Source of the DNA: an uncultured Trueperaceae bacterium
Lineage (GTDB): Bacteria > Deinococcota > Deinococci > Deinococcales > Trueperaceae
Length of the DNA: 64,000 bases
Assembly (NCBI GenBank): GCA_963799485.1
Contig: CAWCXJ010000012.1
Location: 32,001-96,000 of the forward strand
Direction: 5' to 3'
The notes under the pieces are model-generated. The model saw nothing but the letters and a program-made list of their open reading frames with translations. It did no database searches and was not told the origin of the DNA. Both the position numbers and the translations under genes were made by a program. Shown piece after piece: positions 11,055-19,766 of the stretch (the stretch's first letter is position 1; every line of letters starts with the position of its first letter).

Positions 11055-11498
11055 ATGGACGAGACCGAGGTCAGCCGCACAATCATCAAGTCATTCAAAA
11101 ACGTTGAAACCACCGAAGCTTCCCGCAACACTTTCTTTTTTTACGACTCCGAGCGTCATTTTCCTTTTGCGACACTTGTCGTCAACGACGTAAACGATAC
11201 CGCTTCGGATTTAGAGCGCCCCGGCGTCTTCCGGCTCAATATCGGCGTCAAACGGGCGACGTATCAGAAGCTGTTCGGCCCTCAGCCCACCTTCGCTAAG
11301 GACGGCGGAATTATTGATACGGGCTACGATTACACTGCGCTAGATAAGCTTATGCCGCATCCGGTTTACGCGCCGATGTCGTGGGTGTGTATCGTTAGCC
11401 CGAGTACGGAGACGTTTGACGAGGTTGTGTTGCCGCTGTTGCGAGAAGCCTACGAGCAAGATGTGGAGAAACACACTAAGCGAGAGGCTCGAGCCTAG
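11055..11498 (+). CDS. DUF6194-like protein
   Basis: [21 protein letters not shown] and [31 protein letters not shown] before ATG 11055. Confidence 0.7.
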   Translation: MDETEVSRTIIKSFKNVETTEASRNTFFFYDSERHFPFATLVVNDVNDTASDLERPGVFRLNIGVKRATYQKLFGPQPTFAKDGGIIDTGYDYTALDKLMPHPVYAPMSWVCIVSPSTETFDEVVLPLLREAYEQDVEKHTKREARA

Positions 11499-13534
11499 CG
11501 CCGCGCCCGCGCCTTCGGACGCTTCGGCTCTTTCCCCGGCACACTCACCAACTGCACCTCTTTACCCTGCAGCTTCGCCTCGACCTCACGGATCCGGTCA
11601 CGCACCGCCGCCGCCCGCTCAAAGTCCAGATCTTCGGAGGCTTTCCACATTTCGGTCTCGAGCGACGCCAGCTCCTGCTTCATATCGTCTTGCGCCAGCT
11701 CGCGCTCCCAGGGCGAGAGTTTTTCGATGGCTTCAGCGCCCTCTTCTTCACCGCGAATCACGTCGCGGATGCGTTTGCGTATGGTTTCGGGGGTGATGCC
11801 ATGCTCGAGGTTATACGCCAATTGCTTGTCCCGGCGGCGCTCGGTCTCGCCGATGGCGCTGTTCATCGCGTCCGAATACACGTCGGCGTAGAGAAACACC
11901 TCACCGCTGACGTTACGCGCGGCGCGGCCTATCGTCTGAATAAGCGAGCGTCCACTCCGTAAAAACCCGGTCTTGTCGGCGTCCAAGATGGCGACCAACG
12001 AGACTTCGGGCAGGTCGAGACCTTCACGCAGCAGGTTGATGCCGATAAGCGCGTCGAAGTGTCCGAGCCGTAAATCGCGGATAATCACCTGACGCTCGAT
12101 GGTGTCGATGTCCGAGTGCATATACCGCGCCCGTAAACCCTGCTGCGCGAAGTATTCGGCCAAGTCTTCGGACATCCGTTTGGTCAGGGTCGTGACCAGC
12201 ACACGTTCATCGCGTTTGGCGCGTTCTTTAATCGCAAAGACCAAATCGTCGATTTGCCCGCGTGAGGGTTTTACGGTAATCGCGGGGTCAACCAGACCGG
12301 TCGGGCGGATAATCTGTTCGGCAATCTTGTCCGAGTGCTCATATTCCCAGGCGGCGGGCGTCGCCGAGACGAAAATGGTCTGACCGACACGCTGCAAAAA
12401 CTCGTCTTCTTTAAGCGGGCGGTTATCCAAAGCTGCTGGGAGCCGGAAACCGTAATCGACCAACGTCTGTTTACGGGCGCGGTCGCCGTTAAACATGCCG
12501 CGCACCTGCGGCAGCATCACGTGCGACTCGTCCAAGAAGGTGATGAACTCGTCGGGAAAATAGTCTAAAAGCGTGTTCGGCGCAGCGCCGGGGGGCCGCC
12601 CGTCCAAATAACGCGAATAGTTTTCGATGCCGTTACAGTAGCCCAAAGTTTTCATCATCTCGAGGTCGTACATGGTGCGTTCTTTTAGCCGCTGTTTCTC
12701 GAGTAGTTTGCCGGAACGCTCAAAGAAGTCGAGTCGCTCTGCCAAATCGTGTTCGATCTGCCGGATGGCGGGCTCGAGCTGTTCAAAGGGCGTCACGTAA
12801 TGCTTTGCGGGGAAGACGGTCGTCGTTTCCAGCTCAGCAAGTTCGTTCCCTGTCACCGGATCGACCATCACCAAGCGGTCGATTTCGTCGCCGAAGAGTT
12901 CAATCCGCAGGGGCGCTTCGTCGTAGGCGGCCCAGACTTCGATCACGTCGCCTTTGACCCGGAACCGTCCGGCGGCGAGTTCGACGTCGTTGCGTTCGTA
13001 CTGCTGAACGACCAAACGGTCTAAAATCTCTTCACGCGAGCGCTTCATCCCGACATGCACGATCATATTGAGCTGCTGATAGGTGTCGGGCGAGCCTAAA
13101 CCGTAAATCGCCGACACCGACGCCACCACAATCGTGTCGGGGCGCGTCAGCAGGTTGCGCGTGGTCGAGTGCCGTAAACGCTCGAGTTCTTGGTTGATGT
13201 TCGCATCTTTTTCGATAAATAGGTCTCTTGCCGGAACATACGCTTCGGGCTGATAATAATCGTAGTACGAGATAAAAAACTCGACGGCGGCTCCCGGAAA
13301 AAAGTCCCGGAACTCGGACGCGAGCTGCGCGGTCAAGATTTTGTTCGGTGCGAGGATCAAGGCGGGGCGCTGCGTTTGTTCGATAATCTTCGCCATCGTA
13401 AAGGTCTTGCCGGTGCCGGTCGCGCCTAAAAGCGTCTGATACCGCAAGCCGTCGCCTAAACCTTCGACCAAACCTTCGATAGCCCCAGGCTGGTCGCCTT
13501 GGGGCGTAAACGGGGATTCGACAGTCAGCGCCAT
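11495..13534 (-). CDS. uvrB: Excinuclease ABC subunit B
   Basis: [43 protein letters not shown]-terminal UVR domain. Confidence 0.98.
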   Translation of the reverse strand: MALTVESPFTPQGDQPGAIEGLVEGLGDGLRYQTLLGATGTGKTFTMAKIIEQTQRPALILAPNKILTAQLASEFRDFFPGAAVEFFISYYDYYQPEAYVPARDLFIEKDANINQELERLRHSTTRNLLTRPDTIVVASVSAIYGLGSPDTYQQLNMIVHVGMKRSREEILDRLVVQQYERNDVELAAGRFRVKGDVIEVWAAYDEAPLRIELFGDEIDRLVMVDPVTGNELAELETTTVFPAKHYVTPFEQLEPAIRQIEHDLAERLDFFERSGKLLEKQRLKERTMYDLEMMKTLGYCNGIENYSRYLDGRPPGAAPNTLLDYFPDEFITFLDESHVMLPQVRGMFNGDRARKQTLVDYGFRLPAALDNRPLKEDEFLQRVGQTIFVSATPAAWEYEHSDKIAEQIIRPTGLVDPAITVKPSRGQIDDLVFAIKERAKRDERVLVTTLTKRMSEDLAEYFAQQGLRARYMHSDIDTIERQVIIRDLRLGHFDALIGINLLREGLDLPEVSLVAILDADKTGFLRSGRSLIQTIGRAARNVSGEVFLYADVYSDAMNSAIGETERRRDKQLAYNLEHGITPETIRKRIRDVIRGEEEGAEAIEKLSPWERELAQDDMKQELASLETEMWKASEDLDFERAAAVRDRIREVEAKLQGKEVQLVSVPGKEPKRPKARARR

Positions 13535-13545
13535 AGACTCCTATT

Positions 13546-13562
13546 CTACGTTCTGAACGCAA
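13546..13562 (-). promoter_or_regulatory. RDRM-like 17-bp palindrome overlapping the uvrB -10 element
   Basis: Minus strand TTGCGTTCAGAACGTAG overlaps TAGAAT (-10, 13548-13543). Confidence 0.6.
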
Positions 13563-13596
13563 AAAGAGATGTCGGGCAATCTCTCCTGCCCGACAT
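13562..13596 (-). terminator. Intrinsic terminator after the DUF3072 gene
   Basis: ATGTCGGGCA...TGCCCGACAT stem followed on the minus strand by CTCTTTTT. Confidence 0.7.
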
Positions 13597-13609
13597 GAGG
13601 TTTCTGGTT

Positions 13610-13855
13610 TTAGCCCTCGTCCGAACTTTTCTGGTCTTCCTGACCACGCCCGGTTTTGGCCTGTAACGTCTCGATCAGCTCCGACGCCTGCGCTTTATTA
13701 AGCCCTTCCGGGACTTCTTCACCCGCGTTTTCTGCCAGCGTGTGCAGGTACGAAAGCTGCGCGCCGGTCGCAGGTTCATTGCCCGTGACCCACTCGCTCG
13801 GGTCTTTGACGGCGTTGTCTTCGGGGTCGTTTTGGAGTTTGGGGTTATCGCTCAT
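13610..13855 (-). CDS. DUF3072 domain protein
   Basis: KDPSEWVTGNEPATGAQLSYLHTL..LNKAQASELI motif. Confidence 0.85.
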   Translation of the reverse strand: MSDNPKLQNDPEDNAVKDPSEWVTGNEPATGAQLSYLHTLAENAGEEVPEGLNKAQASELIETLQAKTGRGQEDQKSSDEG

Positions 13856-13999
13856 AACGAGACGATACCTAAATAAATAAGGTAAATGTGTAGTCCGGTT
13901 TGCAGTCTGGTTTCGGTTCCCGAAAGCTTGCATTTCCAGGTGAGTTCGGTTACACTCCAGATACCTCAATATTTAAGGTATCTTGAAGAGGAGTTCGTT

Positions 14000-14359
14000 A
14001 TGGCAGCGCATGAAAAGTTCAACTACGCCGAGTATCCAGCCAAGGATTTAGCCGCGACCAAAGCGTTCTTTGAAGCCGCGTTCGGTTGGTCGTTTACCGA
14101 CTACGGCCCCGACTACACCGCTTTTTCGGATGAGGGTCTCGACGGTGGTTTTTTCAAATCCGAGCTGGTTGCGCGTGTAGACACCGGCAGTGCACTCCTT
14201 GTCTTTTACAGTGAGCGCCTCGAGCAAACCCTTGCTAAAGTCACCGCTGCCGGGGGCCGGATCGTCAGGCCGATCTATACGTTTCCCGGCGGCAGGCGCT
14301 TTCACTTTACCGAGCCGAGCGGCAACGAGTTTGCGGTGTGGGCGGAACCTGAAGCCTAG
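14000..14359 (+). CDS. VOC/glyoxalase family protein
   Basis: NYAEYPAKDL..FGWSFTDYGPDY, FPGGRRFHFTEPSGNEFAVW; GAGGAG RBS. Confidence 0.9.
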   Translation: MAAHEKFNYAEYPAKDLAATKAFFEAAFGWSFTDYGPDYTAFSDEGLDGGFFKSELVARVDTGSALLVFYSERLEQTLAKVTAAGGRIVRPIYTFPGGRRFHFTEPSGNEFAVWAEPEA

Positions 14360-14492
14360 CGGTTGATGTACTCAACCTGAAGCCTCGAGCCCTCACCGTA
14401 AAAGTCGCCGTAAAAAACGGTTTTTACGGTGCCTGAAGGGGAGAACGATGGTTGTCCGTGACTACAGCGAACCGCGGCGGCAAGGTCTCGAT

Positions 14493-14520
14493 GTCAACTA
14501 CCCACGGCTGAAGCCGGGGG
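14493..14520 (+). mobile_element. Remnant IS200/IS605-type (IscB/HEARO-like) terminal hairpin
   Basis: GTCAACTACCCACGGCTGAAGCCGGGGG: GTCAAC start plus CCCACGGC-TGAA-GCCGGGGG hairpin; no transposase nearby. Confidence 0.55.
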
Positions 14521-14547
14521 TCGCCGTTTTGGTACTTCGGTGAACTT

Positions 14548-14749
14548 ATTTCATCTGCAAACGTGACGAGTTCCGGGGCCGGGTCTCGCCCTGTCTTTAC
14601 CCGCCAAGTTGATGACGTAGACGCCGTGTGCGCGGAGCTAGACAAACGTTGGCGTGAAGCTGTTGAACGGCCCGGTGGACAGACCTTGGGGGATACGAAC
14701 TGCCAGCTTTAGAGACCCCGGCGGTCACATCTGGGAGATTGCCAAATAG
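14548..14749 (+). pseudogene. VOC family pseudogene (5'-truncated, frameshifted)
   Basis: ...QVDDVDAVCAELDKR / extra T at ~14650 / GVKLLNGPVDRPWGIRTASFRDPGGHIWEIAK*. Confidence 0.8.
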
Positions 14750-14913
14750 TTGCTGGCCCAAGCTTTATAGCTGAAGTTGTCTTGCTGGTTTCCGGCAGGC
14801 AGCCGACGAACAAGGCCGAGTTCGCGGCGGGTTTTACGGCGCGCGAGTCCGAAGGCGTCACGCACCTCAAGTTTCGTATCATCAAGTATTGTCATCAAGT
14901 AAAGGAGCTGACC

Positions 14914-15777
14914 ATGCAAAAAATCGTCCCGTTCTTGTGGTTTAACGACCAAGCCGAAGAAGCTGCCGAGTTTTACGCTTCTGTATTCAAAAACGCCGAA
15001 GTCACGAGTACGGCGCGTTACGGCGACACGCACCCTGAACGCAGCGGCAGCGTGATGACCGTAAACTTTACGCTCGAGCAGCAAGATTTCATCGCTCTCA
15101 ACGGTGGCCCGGAGTTTACGTTTACGCCTGCAATCTCGTTTTTCGTGACGCTCGAGACCGGAGCCGAAGCGGACGTACTCTGGGAGAAACTTGCCGAAGG
15201 CGGCACCGTCCTGATGCCCTTTCAGGCCTACGACTGGAGCGAAAAGTACGGCTGGCTGAATGACCGTTACGGCGTGTCGTGGCAAATCGGGGTTGGGGAC
15301 AGCGGCGCAGAACCTATCACGCCGTATCTGCTGTTTGTCGGCGAACAGTGTGGCAAAGCCGAGGAAGCTGCACAGTTTTACAGCGCACTCTTTGGTTCAC
15401 ACACAAACGCTCCAAAAGACCTCGAGACGGACAATCTAGTGCCCATTCGGTTTACCCTTGCCGGTCAGACCTTTATGGCGCTGGACAGCGACGAAAAGCA
15501 CAACTTCGGCTTTACCGAAGCCGTTTCGCTGTTTGTCAATTGTCAGACGCAGGCCGAAGTAGACGCGCTGTGGGACAAACTTACCGAAAACGGCGAGGAG
15601 AGTCAGTGCGGCTGGCTTAAAGATAAATACGGCGTGTCGTGGCAGATTGTCCCAACCGCGGCGCTCAAGCTCATGGCCGACCCCGACCGTGAGAAGGCAG
15701 CTCGCGTCACCCAAGTACTGATGGGGATGAAAAAAATTGACGGCGACGTTTTACGGCGTGCCTACGAGCAGAGGTAG
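14914..15777 (+). CDS. Tandem PhnB-like VOC (3-demethylubiquinone-9 3-methyltransferase-like) protein
   Basis: MQKIVPFLWFNDQAEEAAEFY; two copies of the GWLxDxYGVSWQI motif; AAGGAG RBS. Confidence 0.9.
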   Translation: MQKIVPFLWFNDQAEEAAEFYASVFKNAEVTSTARYGDTHPERSGSVMTVNFTLEQQDFIALNGGPEFTFTPAISFFVTLETGAEADVLWEKLAEGGTVLMPFQAYDWSEKYGWLNDRYGVSWQIGVGDSGAEPITPYLLFVGEQCGKAEEAAQFYSALFGSHTNAPKDLETDNLVPIRFTLAGQTFMALDSDEKHNFGFTEAVSLFVNCQTQAEVDALWDKLTENGEESQCGWLKDKYGVSWQIVPTAALKLMADPDREKAARVTQVLMGMKKIDGDVLRRAYEQR

Positions 15778-15781
15778 TCTT

Positions 15782-15997
15782 ACGGAGCCGGATCAAACGC
15801 CCCGGACGGTAGCCGCCTACATCAGCGGTTTTCCAGATGAGGTTCAGGAGGTTTTACGGTAGGTACGCGCGACCATTCGAGAAGCCGCCCCGGACGCCGA
15901 AGAGACGATCAGCTACCAAATACCGGCGGTTAAGCTCAGCGGCTTGCCGCTCGTTTACGTCGCCGCGTCCAAAAAGCACCTCGGGCTTTACCCATGA
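15782..15997 (+). pseudogene. DUF1801 (YdhG-like) pseudogene
   Basis: TVAAYISGFPDEVQEVLR*VRATIREAAPDAEETISYQIP..KKHLGLYP*; ACG in place of ATG, in-frame TAG at 15860-15862. Confidence 0.8.
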
Positions 15998-16148
15998 CGA
16001 GCAAGGCGACGGGGGCAACCCGGACGCCGATATGGTCCGCGCCAGCACGATCAAACTGCTCGAGCGGGAGCCTGTTGGACCGGTGATTTTCGGTCATGAC
16101 AAAGCGCAGTGGGAAACACTCAAAAAAGCACCGGAGTTTTACGAGTAG
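15993..16148 (+). pseudogene. C-terminal remnant of an N-acyl homoserine lactonase-like MBL protein
   Basis: ..VIFGHDKAQWETLKKAPEFYE* resembles the AiiA/AttM-family C-terminus; no N-terminal part. Confidence 0.55.
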
Positions 16149-16177
16149 CGCAGCATTCAAAAGGAAAGGAAGTAGGT

Positions 16178-16708
16178 ATGGCTAAACTCGTATTCGGAAT
16201 GAACCAGTCCCTGGACGGCTACGTTGATCTCACGGCGGTTGCGCCAAGCCCTGCGCTCTTCCGCCACTTCATCGAGGAGACTCGGGGGCAGGTGGGCAGT
16301 GTGTATGGTCGCCGAATGTATGAGGCCATGCGTTACTGGGACGACGATCACCCTGAATGGAACGCTGAGGAACGTGCTTTCGCGGCGGCGTGGCGAAAGC
16401 AGCAGAAATGGGTCGTCTCACGCACGTTGGACTCTGTCGGCCCTAACGCCAGGCTTATTGAGGGTGAGCTCGAGGGTGTAGTCCGCAAGCTGAAGGCCGA
16501 ACTTGACGGGGAGATCGAAGTTGCTGGCCCAACCTTGGCGCACAGCCTCACCGAACTCGGTCTGATTGATGAATACCGCATCTACTTGCACCCTGTTGTA
16601 CTTGGTCGCGGCAAACCGTATTTCGCCGGACCTAGGCCGCCGCTCCGCCTTACGGCTCATGACCAAATCGGCGAGGATGTGATCAAGCTGACCTACGTTT
16701 CTGCTTAA
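16178..16708 (+). CDS. Dihydrofolate reductase family (RibD C-terminal) protein
   Basis: MNQSLDGY, YGRRMYE, GLIDEYRIYLHPVVLGRGKPYF. Confidence 0.9.
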   Translation: MAKLVFGMNQSLDGYVDLTAVAPSPALFRHFIEETRGQVGSVYGRRMYEAMRYWDDDHPEWNAEERAFAAAWRKQQKWVVSRTLDSVGPNARLIEGELEGVVRKLKAELDGEIEVAGPTLAHSLTELGLIDEYRIYLHPVVLGRGKPYFAGPRPPLRLTAHDQIGEDVIKLTYVSA

Positions 16709-16908
16709 TCTCTCGACTCGCCGAACGGGATTTCGGGCTGATGGTGTTCGGTCATGACCGGGCGCAGTGGGCAACACTCAGTGCTGGAGTTTTACGAGTA
16801 AAGCAGCGGTTGGAGTGAAGAAGAGCCTATCAGATTGAAAAAAGTACAGGCTGTCAGGCTTTCGGAAAGAACCCGGCTGAAATTTTACGTGGTGAGGGAG
16901 ACGTAACG

Positions 16909-17130
16909 ATGACGGACGAAGATACCAACGAAGGAGGAAACGACTTTCCGAAAATCAGCCGACCGGCGCGGAGAGCCCTGTACGGGGTGGGGTATTTTAG
17001 GCTGGGGCAACTCACCTACGTCAGCAAAACCGAACTGGGCAAACTGCACGGGATGGGGCCGAAAGCACTGGGGACGCTCGAGCAAGCCCTCGCTGAAAAA
17101 GGTCTGGCATTCAAGGGGAAACCGAAATGA
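16909..17130 (+). CDS. Small helix-hairpin-helix DNA-binding protein
   Basis: FPKISRPARRAL..ELGKLHGMGPKAL motif; GAGGGAG RBS. Confidence 0.75.
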   Translation: MTDEDTNEGGNDFPKISRPARRALYGVGYFRLGQLTYVSKTELGKLHGMGPKALGTLEQALAEKGLAFKGKPK

Positions 17131-17681
17131 GAAAACTTATCGTATCGGAATTTGTGGCTTTAGACGGGGTGATGGAAAATCCGGGCTGGACGTTTGCGTT
17201 TGAGAGCGACGACCGGAACCGTTACAAGTTCGCCGAACTGCAAGCAGCGGACGCGCTCCTGTTGGGGCGCGTGACCTACGAAGGTTTCGCCGCAGCTTGG
17301 CCCGGAATGGCAGAGGAGACCGGTGAATACGGGCAGTGGATGAACGGCTATCCCAAATACGTGGTGTCGGAAACGCTTGAGGGGCCGCTCGAGTGGCAAA
17401 ACTCGGCGCTCGTCAAAGGCGACCTTGCCAAGGCGGTTACGAAGCTGAAACAGGGAGACGGTAAGGACATCTTGGTGTTCGGCAGCGCCCAGCTGGTCAA
17501 CGAACTCCATCAGCGCGGGCTCGTCGACGAATACCGGTTGATGCTGTTTCCGGTGACCGTCGGCAACGGCAAACGTCTTTTCGGAAGTGGCGAGCAAAAA
17601 GCGTTCAAACTTGTGGACACTCAAACATTCAGCTCGGGCGTGGCCTTGCTTACCTATCAGCCTGAGCAGAAACAGTCATGA
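17127..17681 (+). CDS. Dihydrofolate reductase family (RibD C-terminal) protein
   Basis: VALDGVMENP, LLLGRVTYE, GLVDEYRLMLFP..GNGKRLF; ATGA overlap with upstream gene. Confidence 0.9.
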   Translation: MRKLIVSEFVALDGVMENPGWTFAFESDDRNRYKFAELQAADALLLGRVTYEGFAAAWPGMAEETGEYGQWMNGYPKYVVSETLEGPLEWQNSALVKGDLAKAVTKLKQGDGKDILVFGSAQLVNELHQRGLVDEYRLMLFPVTVGNGKRLFGSGEQKAFKLVDTQTFSSGVALLTYQPEQKQS

Positions 17682-17725
17682 CAGAGCGAGCCAACGGAAC
17701 CTTTGAAGTTGACCTGAAACCTCGA
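17678..17725 (+). pseudogene. N-terminal remnant resembling a DUF3224 protein
   Basis: ATGA-coupled start MTERANGTFEVDLKP, then similarity is lost. Confidence 0.45.
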
Positions 17726-17796
17726 GCTGCCCGGTCTACCGCCAGCCCCTCACTGCGCCGCGCCGACACGCCGCGCGAAAGGTGCAGCAGGCAACC

Positions 17797-18510
17797 CTAG
17801 CCGCGCGCGTTTGTTTCGACCCGCCTGCGCCTGCGCCCGCCCCGTCTGCGGCGTTTGCCGGGGCGGTCGTTGGCAACTTCTTTCGGCCCGCTCAGCGCCT
17901 CGTCTTCTTGTAGCGCCCGGATGAGCGACGCCTCGACCCGACCGTACTGCGTCGGTTGAACGAGCCGTAAAGCGGCGTGCGGGGGACGCGCGTCTACATA
18001 AACGTAGCTGAGACCCGGACGCAGAACGTAGCCGTAGGTCGCGCGCTCGCCGTTGGTCGTCGCCAGCGCCCACTCGCCCAAACTTTCGATGACCACGTCT
18101 TTACCGAGTAGCGGAACGCGTTTTGCGAGCGCCGAACCGTGCGCCAGCCCCCGAAGTATGTGGAGCAGCCCGAGCGGGTCGCTGTAGGGACGCAGGTAGG
18201 GTACTTCGGTACGTTCGACCTGCGTCCCGACCTGTCTTGTTGCCTTGACCAGACCGCTACGCACGTCGAACGTAAGCTCATAGGTGTGTTTGTCGCCCTT
18301 GGCCTCGGTTGTTTCGCTAAAGCGGAGGCTTTCGCCGCTGCCGGTCAGGAGCCGGCTCGACTGGTCGACGCTGTGTGAGCCTAATACGCCCTGAAAGAGG
18401 GCGCGGCACTCGAGCGTCGTCACGCGCGGCGTTACCGTCGTTTTGATGACTTGCGACCCGACCGCCTTCGCACCGAGCGACAGGGCGTAACTGAGGATTT
18501 CAACTGCCAT
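17797..18510 (-). CDS. Hypothetical protein (DUF3108-like fold possible) with basic C-terminal tail
   Basis: 237-aa ORF, DPLGLL motif, TAGACT -10 six nt before ATG. Confidence 0.65.
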   Translation of the reverse strand: MAVEILSYALSLGAKAVGSQVIKTTVTPRVTTLECRALFQGVLGSHSVDQSSRLLTGSGESLRFSETTEAKGDKHTYELTFDVRSGLVKATRQVGTQVERTEVPYLRPYSDPLGLLHILRGLAHGSALAKRVPLLGKDVVIESLGEWALATTNGERATYGYVLRPGLSYVYVDARPPHAALRLVQPTQYGRVEASLIRALQEDEALSGPKEVANDRPGKRRRRGGRRRRRVETNARG

Positions 18511-18980
18511 GCCCCAAGTCTACCGCGTAGTTCGTTCTTTTCAGTAGGTCGCGCAAATACCAGGCTTTGCAAAAAGATGCCGGCTTATCGGCAAATGTTT
18601 CCCGGTGTTCTGCCGAATTGTGAGAGAAACGTCTCGGCTCCGGTATAGTCGGCTTCCAGCTCGAGCCAGCGCACCGGCATAGTTGCGGCGGGCGCAGTCG
18701 AAGAGTCTTGCGGCGTCGCGGCTGGGCCTCGAGCCGACAATCGTCAGACCCGAACTCGTTTTGAAACGATACTGCGCCGCGCGGCAAAGGCGTGCAAGAT
18801 GACTTCTGAAAGCTCCGCGCCGCGTCCCAAAAATTTGCCGCCGCCGGCGTCAGCGCGGCGTCTTGTTCGGTTTGGACGTCCTCATCCAAATACCCAGGGT
18901 TCACAGTACGGCTTCTCGTGTAGCTCCTCGCATATCGGAAACAAGTTAAGCTGACCGGCTAGGGGTGACGCACCCGGAAG

Positions 18981-19766
18981 CTAAAGCGTCGTTTGAAAAA
19001 AGAGGCCGCGAAGCTCGAGCTTTACCCCACCTTCTAGGTTCAGCGTGAGGTAGGCGTACTCGTCATCGACGCCGTTCATGTCTAAAAGCAGCGCCCGCCC
19101 CTGCGAGGCGAAGTGCGCGCCGCCCCGCACCGGGGTATGCCCGTAAACGCCGAAGTGGTAGGGGGTCTCGGCGAGGATGTCGCGCGGGTCTAGAATCCAG
19201 TCGCGGCGGTTCTCCAAGTAAAAGCCCGCGTCGTAACGGTTGTGTTCGGGTTTCGGCCCGACGTGCGCGAAATGCAGGTCGCCGACGACGAGTTCACGCG
19301 GCCACGTCGCCAACCACGCCGCCAAATCGTCCGGCAGGGTACGGCCCGAGGCGCGCCACTCGAGGTGTGAAAGCGTGTCGGTACGCAATACGCCTTCAGC
19401 GCCGGTCAACGCGTTATAGTCGTGGTTACCGAGCAGAATCGTAACGCTCCCCCGGGCATGGTCGCAAAACCTTTTTACGGCGCGTAAAAACGTCTCTTGC
19501 GCGGCCTCGGCCTTTTCGATGTCCGGCGGGTGATGCTCGTCGAAGGGGCCACCGATAAGCGCGGCGTACTGCGCGCGCGTTTTGGCGTGGACGAGGTCGC
19601 CCAACAAGATGAGGTGTGTGCTGCCGTTTGCGAGTTCGGCTGTAGGGCGACAATCGTCCGTCAGGAGGCCCGCTTCGCGCAAGATGCGCCAGAACTTCGC
19701 GCTCTGCGCGTGAACGTCGCCGACGACGACGAGTTTGCGGGCGGTAATCCGGGGTTCAGCCGTCAT
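18981..19766 (-). CDS. Metallophosphoesterase
   Basis: GDVH, LGDLVH, LGNHD, GHTP motifs. Confidence 0.9.
   Translation of the reverse strand: MTAEPRITARKLVVVGDVHAQSAKFWRILREAGLLTDDCRPTAELANGSTHLILLGDLVHAKTRAQYAALIGGPFDEHHPPDIEKAEAAQETFLRAVKRFCDHARGSVTILLGNHDYNALTGAEGVLRTDTLSHLEWRASGRTLPDDLAAWLATWPRELVVGDLHFAHVGPKPEHNRYDAGFYLENRRDWILDPRDILAETPYHFGVYGHTPVRGGAHFASQGRALLLDMNGVDDEYAYLTLNLEGGVKLELRGLFFQTTL

Noticed and set aside
18500..18904. 134-aa minus-strand ORF between the phosphoesterase and the 18510 gene
   Set aside because: No recognisable motif, atypical composition, and the downstream gene has its own leaderless promoter; cannot support it as a gene.
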